From the NCBI GenBank assembly GCA_951406725.2, contig OX597831.1, positions 31,496,001 through 31,560,000 on the forward strand: a DNA stretch of 64,000 nucleotides, read 5' to 3'. This DNA comes from Octopus vulgaris (lineage: Eukaryota). This document shows, piece by piece, positions 38,297-52,485 of the stretch (position 1 is its first letter; every line of letters starts with the position of its first letter). Under the pieces are notes generated by a model. The model saw only the letters and a list, made by a program, of their open reading frames with translations, ran no database searches and had not been told where the DNA came from. Both the position numbers and the translations under genes were made by a program.

Positions 38297-39083
38297 ATCA
38301 ATGCCCAGCTGCACCAAAATTTGATGAAAGTTCTATTGTAACAATAATTCCTCAGGAACTAAGCACTTGAATTCTAAGCATCAAGTATCTGTTGGAATTT
38401 CCTTGCCTATAAATGGCCACAGTAAACTGAAAGTGTACGTGCGCACGCGCGTGTGTGTGAGAGTGTGAGTGTGAGAGAGAAAGAGAGCACGTGTGTGTAT
38501 GTGAGTGCTTATTACTGACCTCAGTACTAGGAATTTCTTGACTCTGCTGGCCCTTTTGAAATTGACCAACAAAGATAATGGATTTCCGTTCCCACATCTC
38601 TCCTACCTTCTCCAACCAACCCTGCCAGTTGTTCTTCTTGATCAAATCTCAAACTTCTGCTCCTGTCTTCAACATTCTCTTGGATCTGTCCTTTGCAGTG
38701 TTGAGGTTTACTGCCACCCTAAACATAGTTTATTCTGCTGCCTCTTGACACAGTAGAGAGAGAGAGAGAGAGAGCAATCATGGTTGTCCTAGAGCTAAAC
38801 AACAATAACCCGGAGTATTAACTCACCAAGTAACTGAGTCTCTATGTGATAGCTTGACTTTTTAGAAGTAGTAGCTAAACTCCCTCAAATCACACATCAT
38901 CTTAAAGAAAGGACATGTTGGTTAATGTAATAATAATCCTAGGCATACCCTTAAAATGACCAACCTCCTGTCAAAATATGAAATGATCATTATTATCATC
39001 ATCATCTTCATCATCGGATCTGGAGTGGCAGACACAATAAGGAGCTGGATTAAATATCTTATGGTCTTCGTTTATATTATTTA

Positions 39084-39482
39084 CTAGCAGTATCGCCCGG
39101 CGTTGCTCGGGTTTGTAAGGGAAATAACTATATAAGCATTTTTAGAGAGTTATAGCCAAAAAATAGCAAAAAATGCATTAAAAATGGAAAAAAATGATGG
39201 TAAATTTTTTTTTAAATCGTTGACTCATCATAGACAGTTTTAGAGAGTTACTTCCCTTATATAATAGCCAAAAAATGCATTAAAAATGGGGAAAAAATGA
39301 TTGTAAATTTTTTTTTTAAATCGTAGACTCATCGTAGACACGCGCTAATACCCAGAAGGGCTTGATATGAATCACGACTATAAGATACCTGCTTTTGGTT
39401 ACACTGCACTGCAAAATGTGGGAGTAGTTGGGAATCTAAATTGTAGGAGACAGATACACAACTTCACTTTTATATATAAAGA
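39084..39482 (-). mobile_element. Non-autonomous Helitron
   Basis: The minus strand starts A|TCTTTATATATAAAA and ends with the hairpin cccgagcaacgccggg and CTAG|T. It has an internal duplication of about 100 bp and sits within a decayed family B SINE. Confidence 0.85.
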
Positions 39483-41207
39483 TATTCTTGCATTCAAATC
39501 TTGCCAAGATCGACTTTGCTTTTATTCTTAGTTGATAAACTAAAGTACCAATCAGATGCTGGGGCTGACACAATTGTTCCCTCTACTAACACCTGCTGCC
39601 TTGTGCCTAGGTGAACAATAAATGTAATCATCATCATCATCATTTGTCTATGGACTTAATCGTTTCCATGTTTTAAACCCTAACCTCAGCTCCCCTTGGT
39701 CGATGTCAGCAGAGTCCACTCTGTCACAAGTGTTTGTTCCCTCATGCTTGTGTTGGAGGCCCTCGGAAACATTGCAGACGATGCCCTTCCTCTGCCGAAC
39801 AAAGGAACAAATGTGGAAATTAAAAGAATTAGATTATTGTGTCTGAGAAGAAAAAGTGTTGTACACTCTAGCAAGGGGTTGGAGGGGGTGGGGGTCCTAG
39901 CGGGGAGCAGGCAATGGAACTTTTTATAGAGATTGATGCAGTAAACAGCACCTGGCTGCTGGAGTTCCCCAGTCTAAAAATACCTGCAGTGTGTGCTTGT
40001 ATGAGTGTATGTGTATGTGTGTAGGAATGTGTGTGTGCCTGTGTCTATCAATGGTATGTCTAAATGAGAATACACATGGTCATGGCCAGGGAGTGGTGGT
40101 GTAAGGGGCTGAATAGCTTTGATATTATCTCTGACAGCCACTGTCTGGCCTTGGCTTGGTAAAACCTGTTGACCAATCAGTGTCTGTCTTGTATACAGCT
40201 GCACCACGATTATAATAAACATCTCCGTTACAGCTGGAACGGATCTACATATCAATGATTTGTCTTTGTGATGGTGATGGTAGCAGCAGTGATGGTGATG
40301 GTGGTGGTGGTGGTGGTAGTGGTGGTGCAGACAGTAGTTGTGGTAAGCAAATCAAATAGCTGCAATCACGGATGCTGGAGCAGATGTGGAAAGGCAGAGG
40401 GTGGGGGAGAGGGAATGAGATATGTGGTGGGAGGAAAGTGGGGAGAAGTCTGCTAATTTAGAGAATAAATTTCCTGTTTACACTTACTCCTCCTCCACAC
40501 ACCCCTCTCTCTCTTTCTCTCTCTAATTTTAATGCTATTCTACCCCACACCTGAAAATTAACTTTCCTGTAGACATAACATAGTTGTTACCACCACCACC
40601 ACCACTATCGGTAACACTGCTACCAATACCATCACTCTCACTACCACTCCCTCCTTCACTACTATTACTACTACCGCCACCACCATCGCCAATAATAACA
40701 ACAAAACTAGCAACCATGCTGTTTTACCCAAGGTGTTTTGCCCCCTGTATTTCTCTTGTCCAGCCAAGCACTAATTTGGCCATCTTATTTTAACCCTTTT
40801 TGTTCTGGGGGCATACACAAGATTCTTCATAATGTGATGTCCGGCTGCGGAGCATCAGGCATTTGTTCCAGTTTTTTTCTTTTTTCCCTTTCCAAGCTCA
40901 AATCCCATCAAGGCCAACTCTCATTTTCACCCCCCTGGAGTTACTATTTATGTTTTACTTGTGTTTCAGTCACTATACAGTGGCCATGCTGGGGCACCAT
41001 CTTGAAGAATTTTTGGTCGAATGAATTGACCACAGTACCTTGTGGTTGGGAAGCAAACCCCTTATCGCACAGCCATGCCTGCTTCTATAAAGCAATCGCC
41101 CTTAAAGTACAAGCATCAATGCAAAAAGAAATAAAACCCCAGTAAAGTACTTTGGTCAATATAGTCACCTGTGCCTTCTCCCCATCACAAAATATTATTA
41201 TCATTGA

Positions 41208-41639
41208 AGGCGCAGGAGTGGCTGTGTGGTAAGTAGCTTGCTTACCAACCACATGGCACCTTGGGCAAGTGTCTTCTACTATAGCCTTGGCCTGACCTAA
41301 GCCTTGTGAGTAGATTTTGTAGACAGAAACTGAAAGAAGCCTGTTGTATATATATATGTGTGTGTGTTTGTCCCTGCAACATCGCTTGATGACCGATGCT
41401 GGTGTGTTTGCGTCCCCGTAACTTAGCGGTTCAGCAAAAAAGACAAATAGAATAAGTACTAAGCTTACAAAGAATAAGTCCTGAGGTCGATTTGCCAAAG
41501 TCAACTTCGCCTTTCATTCATTCAGGGTTGATGAAATAAGTACTAGTTGAATATTGGGATCGATGTAATCGACTATCCCCCCCCCCCACACACACACACA
41601 CACACAAAAATTTCAAGCTTTGTGCCTTTAGTAGAAAGG

Positions 41640-41701
<62 letters not shown>

Positions 41702-42474
41702 CATCATCATTATTATTTGAATTACAAAGCTGAATGGGGCTCCTCTATGTATGTGATTCGAAACAGAAGGAAATAAACTGGGAAATGGTAATTTCAATTC
41801 CTTTGATTCTGTAGAGTCATCTGGGATTTTGTGTGGGCTTTTTCTCCCTTGAATTATCCAAGATGGCCTTCTCTCCCCATTTGTTGGTATTCCCTTGTTT
41901 TTGTTGCTTTCACCTACTTTTCACTTTATTTCATACTACCCCTAATCTCTTGGGGCCACACCCTCCTCCTCCTCCTCATCATCATCATCATCATTATTAT
42001 AATTATTATTATTAGGGAGGTTTAGAGCTAGCAGAATTGTTGGCATGCCAGGCAAAATGCTAAGCAGCATTTCAATTGTTCAGAGTTCAATTCCTACTGA
42101 GGTTGCCTTAGGCTTTTTATTTTTTCAGGGTCAATTAAAACAAGTACCAGTTGAAAACTGGGGTTGATGCAATTGACATAACCCCCAGACCCACCCTGAT
42201 ATTGCTAGCCTTGTGTCAAAATTTGAAAACATGGTTATTAATATTATTATTATTATTCAGGCAGTGAGCTGGCAGAATCATTAGCGCGCCAAGCAAAATG
42301 CTTAGCAGTATTTTGTCCGTCTTCAGGTTCTGAGTTCAAATTCCACTGAGGTGAACTTTGCCTTTCACCCTTTCGGGGTCAATAAATTAAGTTCCCGTTG
42401 CATACTGGGGTCGATCTAATCAACTGCCCCACCACCACCACCAAATTTCAGGCCTTGTGCCTATAGTAGAAAGG

Positions 42475-42514
<40 letters not shown>

Positions 42515-42735
42515 GAATAGTGTTTTGCCAAAATACTTTAAGCACCAGACAAAAATGCCTGATGGTATCTCTTCCAGTTCATTATGTTCTGAGTTTAAAC
42601 TCTGCCATGGTTGACTTTGCTTTTCATTTGTTTGAGGTCAATGGAACAGATACCTGCCGATATACTGGGGCCGATGTAATCAACTAACTCCCTCTCCATA
42701 AAATTACTGATAGTGAATCCAAATTTGAAGCCATT
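41208..42735 (+). mobile_element. Cluster of one family A and four family B SINE copies or fragments separated by (ATT)n tails
   Basis: Family A at 41208-41493; family B near 41495-41640, 42018-42230, 42259-42477 and 42517-42735. Confidence 0.7.
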
Positions 42736-44208
42736 ATTTGTGATGGTCTATGGAGAGTACGAACAAAGTACAGCAAACTGTAACACACTGTACCCCAGTG
42801 TGGTGCCTACTTACAGCTAGGTGGACTGGGTCCATTGGCAATTATGAGTTTTGACCATTGACACAATATGGTGAACTATAGAACCGAACCTATTGTGCTG
42901 CCCGCTTGGCTAGGTGGACTGGGTTGTTGCTTGTGAGTTATTTTGGTGATGGACATGGTACAGTGAATTCTATCATATTTGTGGTACCTGTTTACAGTCC
43001 AGTGCACTGAGTTATTCCAGCACTGAGTGCCTTGGCCGTGGAGACATGGTGCCATTATAGGAACCAATTAGCTCTTGGTAATGTATATTTTCCACCTGAT
43101 TCACCCAGCCTCTTATGTCCACCTTTCCTTACAATGTGTGTGAGAATATTAATTCCTACACCTATATGGTAATTTACCTCACTTCTACCCCTCCTCCTCC
43201 TCCTCCTCCTCCTCCAGATGACTTCAGTTTTGGCTTCTTTTACTGTGTTGTTGTTGTAATTTTACTTCTCTCTCTCTTTCTCTCTCCCCTTGTTCATCTC
43301 TCTCTCTCTCTCTTCCTCCTTCTCTTGTTCATCTCTCTCTTGTTCTCTCATTCTTTCATCATTTCCCTCACCTCACTCGCCCTCCCCACCACCACTGAAA
43401 GGAAGAAGTGGGTGGTTGCAGGGTGATGGGGGCAGGGTGGCTGCTTACTCTCCCTAAGAAATATTAATTGCTGAAAGAGAATGACTATAAAAGATTATTT
43501 ACTCTTCAGTAACCCTCTCTCCCTCCCCCCTCTTTCTCTCTCCCTCTCTCTAACACTACTCCCTCACCCACTACAAGTCAGAAAGCTTGTTAGTCCGAGG
43601 GTGGGGTGTAAGGCTAGTGTTCCAATACTTAACCCAACAATCCAATCTGAGAAACTTGCTAAGTGTCCCTCAGACTTCAAACAACAACTCACCTTTGGGA
43701 CTCATCTATATTCACTAACCATAACACGCACACACTCTCTCTCTCTCTCTCTCTAACCCAGCTAAGGTGGTACTTGGGTGGCGTAGTGTTCACCTACTAA
43801 ACCCAGCTATCTGAGAAAGTTATTAGTAAGTGCGCAACAATAACAACAGCAACAACAGCGCAAAACTTCTCAGCATTTGAGACTCAACTCTGCCATAATC
43901 TAAGTGTTGTTTATTATTTGCTAAAGCTGTGTGTGTGTGTGTGTGTGTATATACGCCTACATGCAAAATGCTACATACACGCATACATATTCTCACCATC
44001 ACTTGTAAAGATGTCTGAATTTACATATATACACATGGACAGGTAGACACACATACACACATATTGTGGTAGGTTCTTACTGGATAATATTATCAGATAT
44101 TATTATCGAGAAGATTCCCCTCAAAAGTGATCACAATACCCGGCTTCTATCATATGTTTGTGTGTGTACCATTTCTCATGTATACCTTTGTGTGTGATTA
44201 TGGGTGTA

Positions 44209-44241
<33 letters not shown>

Positions 44242-44877
44242 GTGTATGTATGTGTTAACTTGTGCATTTTGTGGGTGGGGTAAATGAAAGAAAAGTAAGT
44301 GGGTGGTGAGAAGCAGGTGGTGGTGGTGATATTAATGTTGTTGATGATGGTGGTGGTGGCGGTAGGTGTGATGCTAGTGATTGTTGTTATTGTTGTTGCT
44401 GTTATGGTAGTGGTGGTGGTGGTGGTTGCTTAGGGTAGTTCTTGGAATTCTCTCCACTAATAGCTGAAGAAGAAGTCAATTATAGCTTTAGCAGAGATTT
44501 GGGTCACGGTGGAAATTAAGTACTGAAGGAGGGGTGTGTGGGAGTTGGAGTAAGGTGGAGGCAGGCATGCATGTGGGGGTGGGATAGGATGGGTGAAGAG
44601 AGGGAAAATGGGGTGGGGTGGGGAGGGAGAGAAGAGAGATTCTCTGTAGAGCAATCAACAGTCATTTGTATTATAAACAAACATCTCACCATCTCCACCA
44701 CCGCTGCCGCCGCCACCACCACCACCACCTGTTCACTTGCATCATTGCCTTCCACTTCCACCCTCTTCACCCCCTCCTCCTTCCACCATCGCAATTTTTT
44801 CTTCTCTCACCTTTCTGTAATTTATTTATTACCCCCCTCCTCGCTCACCCTATTACCTTGCCCTTTCTTCATCACTT

Positions 44878-44908
<31 letters not shown>

Positions 44909-44934
44909 GCTCATACCTTTTTCTCCTCTCTATG

Positions 44935-44966
<32 letters not shown>

Positions 44967-45616
44967 CTCTATAACCCATGTACCTGTATTATATCCCCCC
45001 CTCTCTCTCTGTCTCTCCCAACCTTGCATGTTTTCTCTCCTTTCTTTTTCTTCACTCTCCTCCTTTCAGCATTGTTCTTTACTCCCTTACACAAACAAAT
45101 AGAATAGATTAGAGAGAGAGAGAGACAAACAGAGAGATAGACTGATACATTTTTCTTATTTATTATTAATAATTGGCAGAAATTACAGAGTAACACAAGG
45201 ACCAAAAGTGTTGCTCCTTAAGTGCCAATGCACGAAACTCTCAGGCGTTGAGTCACTCAGTAACTTCCACTGATTATTAATTTTAAAAAAAAGTATCAGC
45301 TCACACACACACATATTTGTACAGTATGCAACATTAATAATACACATGCAACATTCACTCACATGTAACTTCCGAATGTGTTGTCTGGTCACTAAAGGAT
45401 GGGGATACTACATGTCCATGTAGTGTGTGTCAGGTGGTATGCTCCTACTTGTGTGTTGGAGTCCAGTCTTCTGCAGTCTATTGCACACACACACACACAC
45501 ACACACACAACGATGTGGATTAAGGAAGGATTAAGGTGAAATGAAACAAGTCAACTGGAAAAATAAAACTTTGCCAGAAACTCAGCTTGCTGGTGGCTTG
45601 TTGTGGTTGTATAGTA

Positions 45617-45653
<37 letters not shown>

Positions 45654-46625
45654 GTGAGTGAGTGGCATGGTTACATGGACATTTATATGGTTGCAGATTT
45701 ACAGGTTCAAATCTTACATGATCTGCTCTGTTCTACCACAATCCGAACCATTTTCTCAGGCTCTTTGTTGTCGTTATTTAGCCCTGAGGTGACCCCTTCC
45801 TCATCCCGCAATTGAGCAGATCTATTTTCAAAGGTATTCCAGCCATGACCAGCCCACCTTTTTCAAATATACTGTATCATAAATGAATATAGTGTCTAGC
45901 AAGTCAAGTGACCAGATAGAGGATGGCCCCAAGGAATTGTGTGGGGTTAACAATGTGTAGGGCTCTGGAGATCCTCCACAAGCACGCAAGCAAAACAAAA
46001 GGTAGTCTTTTGCATGAGGTAGTTGGTTCTATAATGAAAATGTCTCAAGTAGGTAGGTCAGCAAGCTTATGAAACTGGGCCTAGCATCTGTCATCTATCA
46101 CTGGGCCCTGAAATCCCCACTCATTCGCAAAGCATGAGAACAACAGCCCTTACAGGATTTCCAGACGTTTTTGCTTCACTTTTGAGATTGAAATAATCTG
46201 TGTGTGTGTATGTGCGTGTTTGTATGTGTGTGTGTATGTGTGTGTTTGTATGTGTGTGTGTGTATGTGTTTGAGAGGCTGGTAAGGAGAGAAGAATAAAA
46301 GAAAAAACTGAAGGCCAAACTGGTGAAGAAGAAAGAATGGAAGTTTACAAAGATGAACAGCTGTTTAGTTTTCTTACTCCAACCATTCTTGGGCAAATGT
46401 CCAGATTAACATAATAATGATAATAATAATAATAATAATATGAAAATAAATAAAATTACAGAAAACCACTTATAACCAGCGGGTGTGGTGGAGTGGGTCA
46501 TATAGGAATTAAATAGTTGTAAAAGGAGCTGTACTTTTAGTTGAGATGATATTAGGGCTGAGAAAGAATGTGTGTTTGTGTGTGTGTGTGTGTATGTATA
46601 TATATATATATGTGTGTGTGTGTGA

Positions 46626-46660
<35 letters not shown>

Positions 46661-48055
46661 TGTGTGTGTGTTTGCATCTGTCTTTCCTCAAGTGTCACTT
46701 CTATTAACATTACATCTCATGAGGTAGTCTCATAGATAATCAGATCTCTCTCTCTCTATCTATCTATCTGCCTATCCCTCTATCTCTGTGTCTATCAATC
46801 TATCATCTATCTAGCTAACTAGTTAGCTGGTGGTACATATACATGTCTGCTATATACATACATACATACACCAGCCTTGTGACCATCATCATCATAAATC
46901 TGCTTAGCAGGGAGTGATTTTAGAGTGTTCCTCTTGATTCGTTTCTCTTCCTCTTTAACGCTTAACTTCCTGCATGACACAGTACCAAACAGAACTGCAT
47001 GTGTCAGCCACTCCTAACAGAATCACAAAAACTATACATACAGCCATACAATATCGCAAAAACTATACTACCCTTGTTTGCCTTCATTTGGAAAGCAGTA
47101 TGGAAACTCTCTAATGTAAAGGAGAAAATTCAAATTTCATCTTCACTCATTCATTTCTGTTGTATTACAAGACTAGCTTTCAGTCTTAGAATATTTTCAA
47201 CAGAATATCAAGAGTCCAAGTGTCCATCACTCATGAATAATTTTGTTTTATTTACCAATGGCTTACTAGATGTTCAGCATTGTTAACAGTTATCTCTTGT
47301 ATCATCGGGTCTTTTTAGATCATTTTCTGTCTGTTCTTTGCTTCACAATTCTCTTGATTACTTTCCATTCTTGCAACCAGAGATGTTCAAGTAGTGTTCA
47401 TTGCAGCCTGGAATGATCCAGTTGACCACCTACATATTCTGTGATGCTTCTAGATGTATTCGTAAATGGTCAATGCACTTGTCAATCCTTGGTGTGATCG
47501 CTGTAAATGAGTATCACCATCATACAAGCAGTGTTGTTCAGTTCCCGTCTTCCATGGGAAATATTACATTGCCTGGAAACGAGTGAGAGTTGGGGACGGG
47601 ACGGGCATCTGGCCATAGAAAATCTGCTTCATTGAATTCTGTCTGACCCATGCAAACATGGAAGTACGGACATTAAATGATGATGTAACCACATGTAAAT
47701 CGTTGGTGATTTTCTTTTTCCTCCTTCTTCCTTTTCTATTGGACTTGCCTCTGTTTCTGAAGAAGAGCTCTGCTCAAAACATGAAACTACCTTTCTTGCA
47801 TTGTTGTTCTTTTGTGTTTATTCTTCGTTTTTTTGGGGTGGGGGGTTCACTATATATATAAGCTCCTACATGTGTTTAGGAGTTGTAATAGCTCCCAATA
47901 AGAGATGACTGACTGTCTCCCCAATCCATGGAAAACAGATGTAAAATGATGATAATGATGATGTAAAATAATTATGGTGGTGGTGGTGACAATAATGTTG
48001 ATGGTAATAATGAGGATTTCTATTCATTTCTCTCTCTTTTTTCTTTCTTCTGCAG

Positions 48056-48148
48056 GAAGATGCATCAAAATTCTGGAGTGAAGAGAGGGAAAATGGCGCA
48101 GTGTACAATGTCTACTTGAAGAAAGTCACATATAAGAGTGCTACAGAT
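48056..48148 (+). CDS. Rgl: RalGDS/RGL-family RasGEF, N-terminal coding exon (EDASKFWSEERENGAVYNVYLKKVTYKSATD)
   Basis: A pyrimidine tract and TGCAG acceptor precede 93 nt in phase 0/0, followed by a GTGAGT donor. The peptide resembles the conserved W-x-EE-x-E-x-GA-[IV]-Y-x-VYLKKV motif found upstream of the REM domain in invertebrate Rgl/RalGDS proteins. Confidence 0.9.
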
Positions 48149-49153
48149 GTGAGTATATTTATTTTTTAATCTGGAAAAAAAGAAAACAATTTCAAATTAT
48201 TGTAAAATTTTAGTGACTAGGATTAGGCTAAGAGGGTCACGCCTGATATCCATTATCTCTTATTATTTTGCTATCTTATCTGTCTTCTGTTCTAGTGAAT
48301 TCTAAGAACTGTTTATATGTCTTTATATATATATTCTTTCTTACTGTGTGTCTGTTCCATTCTCATGTGTGATTACTGGGCAGCCATGACCTTGGCACTT
48401 TAGACCTTTATAATAAGTAATGTTTTACTTTCAGTTTTAGATAACACTACTATCTCTCTTCTCCTTCCTCTCTCACATCCCTCTTTCTTCCTCTCTATCT
48501 CTCTTCTCCCTCCTCTCTCCTCTCTCTTCCTCTCTATCTCTCTTCTCCCTCCCCTCTCACATCCCTCCCTCTTCCTCTCTATCTCTCTTTCATATCATCA
48601 TCATCATCATTTTTAACATCCACTTTTCTCCGCTTGAATGGGTTGGACAGAGCTTATTGAGGCAAATTATCTACGGTCAAATGCTCTTCCTGTCACCAAC
48701 TTTCAGCTCTTTCCAAGTAAGATAATTCTTCATGACAGACATGTTTTCACAGAAGACTGGTAATAAACAACCCTACTTGTATAGCAGGGATGCTTGTTTG
48801 CAGCCATCATGTGATGTCAAGACAAGGGTACACACACACACATGGTGGGCTTCTTTCAGTTTCCATCTACTAAATCCACTCACAAGGCTTTGGTCAGACT
48901 GGGGCTTTGGTAGAAGACACTTACCCAAGGTTCCACACAGTGGTGTAAGGTTGTGAGTTCAATTCCCAACAGCACATTGTGTCCTTGAGCAAGACCCTTT
49001 ATTCCACATTGCTCCAGTCCACTCAGCTGGCAAAAATGAGTTGTTCCTGCATTTCAAAGGGGCCACCCTTGTCACATTCTGTGTCATGGAATCACCCCAG
49101 TCAAACTGTCCAACCCATGCCAGCATGGAAAGCAGACGTTAAATGATGATATC

Positions 49154-49189
<36 letters not shown>

Positions 49190-50376
49190 TATGAATGAAA
49201 GGAGAAGAGTGAGTGAGAGTACACAAACACACCTATATGATGTAATGAGACCATTAGACATCTCTCTCTTCAAATAACCTCTTCATATTTTGAATTTAGA
49301 AAACCAAAAAAAAAATATTTTCTAAACAAAAAAACAACTATCTCCCATCCTAGGGCTCTTCAAGTGAAAATGGAAAGCAATTTGGTACGTCATTTCCTGA
49401 ACCATAACACTATGATGAAATTATTTTTATTTCTTTTATTATACGGTGATGCTCTAATGATGCTAATGTGCTAACAGATAAACATCATTGTACTTGTGAC
49501 ACTAGACGTTGTATTAAAACATGCAAAGTCATTAGAATACATATTACAGTATCTCACACACGCACACATGCATGCATGCATACACGCTTGCACATGCATA
49601 TGCAATGAAGTTTTATTAGAAGCTGTCAGGATCTCTCTCTCTCCCTCTTTCGTTATTAAATTCTATACAAGTATATTAATCACTCAATGCTACCAGTTGC
49701 TTCATTAGTGTAACTGGTAAGGCTAATTGCAACTACAGACATGTGGAACAAGGGAAGTTAATTAATAAACTTTGTCTGTTGAGATCAGGACACCACCACC
49801 ACCACCACCCACCACCCATTTTTCTGGATCATGTTTTCCTCTCTCCCTTTCATTTTCCTCTCCTTCCTTCCTTTCTTTCTTTCCATTCTCCTTCTCTCTG
49901 TCTTCCTCCCACACTTTCTCCCTCCTCTTACTCTAAAACTCACTGCACACACACACATACACACACTGTTATACTTATGTACTCCCCCTCTCACTCCTTT
50001 CAACCACTCTCTCCCCCTCCTACTGCTGTACTCTTATTCTCTTTTCTCTCTAAAACTTATTACACACACATACACTATTAACCACAGTTACACATGCTCT
50101 GACTCCCCCCCTCCTCTCTTATCTTATTTATATTCTCATCTTTTTTGCTTCACACACACACACACACACACGTACACACACACACGTACACACACTGTCT
50201 GAAGTAGTCTCTGTTCCATTCTACTTACACTGAAATAATTATCCTATTCCCTCCTCTTCCTCTCCCAGTTACCAATCCTCTGATGCCACCACTCCTGTAA
50301 TCTTTGTGCAATACACTTAACACCCTCATCACATATGTGTGTGTGTGTGTGTGTGTAGTCAAATCTTACACAATCC

Positions 50377-50411
<35 letters not shown>

Positions 50412-52485
50412 ACTAGACATCCATTCTACATACCTTGTGTTATTATTACACCTCTACCTTAACATACCTTGTTTAAATACTGTACTATAAAGCTGCACAC
50501 ACATACAACAACATTCCCATTCCATAACCACTCACTACACTACAACCCGTACAACCAACCACTGCCCTACAAAATAGACAAAACACACTGTAGGGCCCCC
50601 CCAGTTAGGACAAAGCACTACCATACTCTTTAGCTTCAGCTGGACTTGAAGGACTTTCTCATACGTCCATCATGTTGGATAATTTCACGTAATTTTTCAT
50701 TTTTAACAGAATTTAGCAACAATATCACCAGCAACATTTTGCATCAATGCAGGCTGCAGACAGGTACCTTGTACAAGCTGCACTGCACAATGGAACATAA
50801 ATACACAAAACAAAAGACCAACTAACCAGACAAGCTCTAGCCAGCAAGCAGACAGACACCCTGTCGTTACAAATAAACATTAATAGATTTGTGTTATCTG
50901 TGAGAATGTCTGTTTGTACTTGCTCAATCAACTGGACTATTACCCATTTCTCTAAGGGCTGGAGTATTCATGTATCTGCTCGACAACAGGACACCTGCCC
51001 CTATCCCTCTCTACCTCTAATCTTTCATCAACTGGCGCAAAGCCACCACTACCACCATTACTACTCGTCCTTACTGCCTTCCTTCCTCCCAGCTGAGAGG
51101 GTTTTGTTTTGAAAGTTGCTCCGCAATCCTGTTGGTGCTCTCGTAAAAATGCACCGGCGCTGGTTCCACGTAAAAAGCACTGGTGCTGGTGTCACACAGA
51201 AAAAAAGCACCCAGTACACTCTGCAAAGTGGTTGGGGTTAGGAAGGGCATCCAGCTGTAGAAGCCATGCCAAAACAGACAATGGAGCCTGGTGCTTCCCC
51301 CAGCCTTGCCAGCTCCTGTCAAACCATCCAACCCATGCCAGCAGAGAAAACAGATGTTAAATGACGACGATAATTGTGAAGTGTATTAGTGCTAGTGGTT
51401 GTGTATTCCACACACAGACGCTTGTCTTCTTGCGTTCTCTAATCATCAGGCAACATCAGTGGGACACAGTGTATGACAAGGCCCGGGGCTTACAATTACA
51501 GGTTCTGTACAGTTTCCCAACAAGCTTCTGTACAGTTTCCCAGCTACCCTGTTTCACTTAGGAAGTGTGGGTTGACCTGAAGCTAGTTGTGAGAGAAGAT
51601 GTAACAACAACAATAACAACGATACCATCTTATGTAAGTCAGTAAGTAAACACTGAGATGGTAGGGGGGAGAGTGGGGGGGGGGGTTAGAGTTCAATATA
51701 TTACTTTGATATGAGTCATTTGTTGTTGTTATTGTCTCTACTACCAGAGCCACCATCACCTGCTGCTACTACTACTACTACTACCAGTAGTGGTAATAGT
51801 AGTGCCTGGTGGTGGTGTTCTTGTTAGTGATTGTTGCTGTTCCTAAATGTTGACCCAATAAAGTTCATCTTTTGTCATGTCTTTTGATTACTGTGACAAT
51901 GACAGTTCAGCAATTGTTATGAAGTGGGGTGGTAGATGGGGTGGCGGTGGTGGTGGTGGTGGTGGTGATGATGATGTCATTGGTCTTCATGATCATGGTA
52001 CTGACGATAAGTGATGACAACAATAACGTGGTCTACAGGTTCTTGGTACTTCAGTCAAACCTACTTCACTAAAATCTCTCTCACTCTCTCTCCCTCTCTC
52101 TTCTGTTTCCTGTAAGCAAGTAGTAAGAATAGGATGACGTTATAGTAGTAGTGATGGCGGCGGTGGTGATAATGAAGGGAGGGGGGGGGCTGATGATGAT
52201 GGTAGTAGTCGTGGTGGTGGCGGCGGTGGCAGCAGCCACTAGTGCAATCTAAAATTCAATCCAAAACATAAAATATGTAAGAAATATTTATTCAGTTGTT
52301 TTATATATCTTAGAATATTTTCATAATTGGTCTTGGAAACCCTAAACTAGGGGCCCGGTCACACAGGTGAACTATGTCATAACTGGTCATAAAGGTGAAC
52401 TGTATGAAGACAGTTATAAATATGGATAGTGTTAAGACTGGTCATAAACATAGATAGTGTGAGGATTAGCTATAAAGGTATATGG

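Noticed and set aside
46337-46445. ATG-initiated frame MEVYKDEQLFSF... as an RGL upstream exon
   Set aside because: It runs into (ATA)n without a usable splice donor.
46970-47450. Repeat-free island, possible exon or old transposon
   Set aside because: It has multiple stops and no recognisable motif, so it cannot be classified. The same applies to 1870-2330 and 50700-50960.
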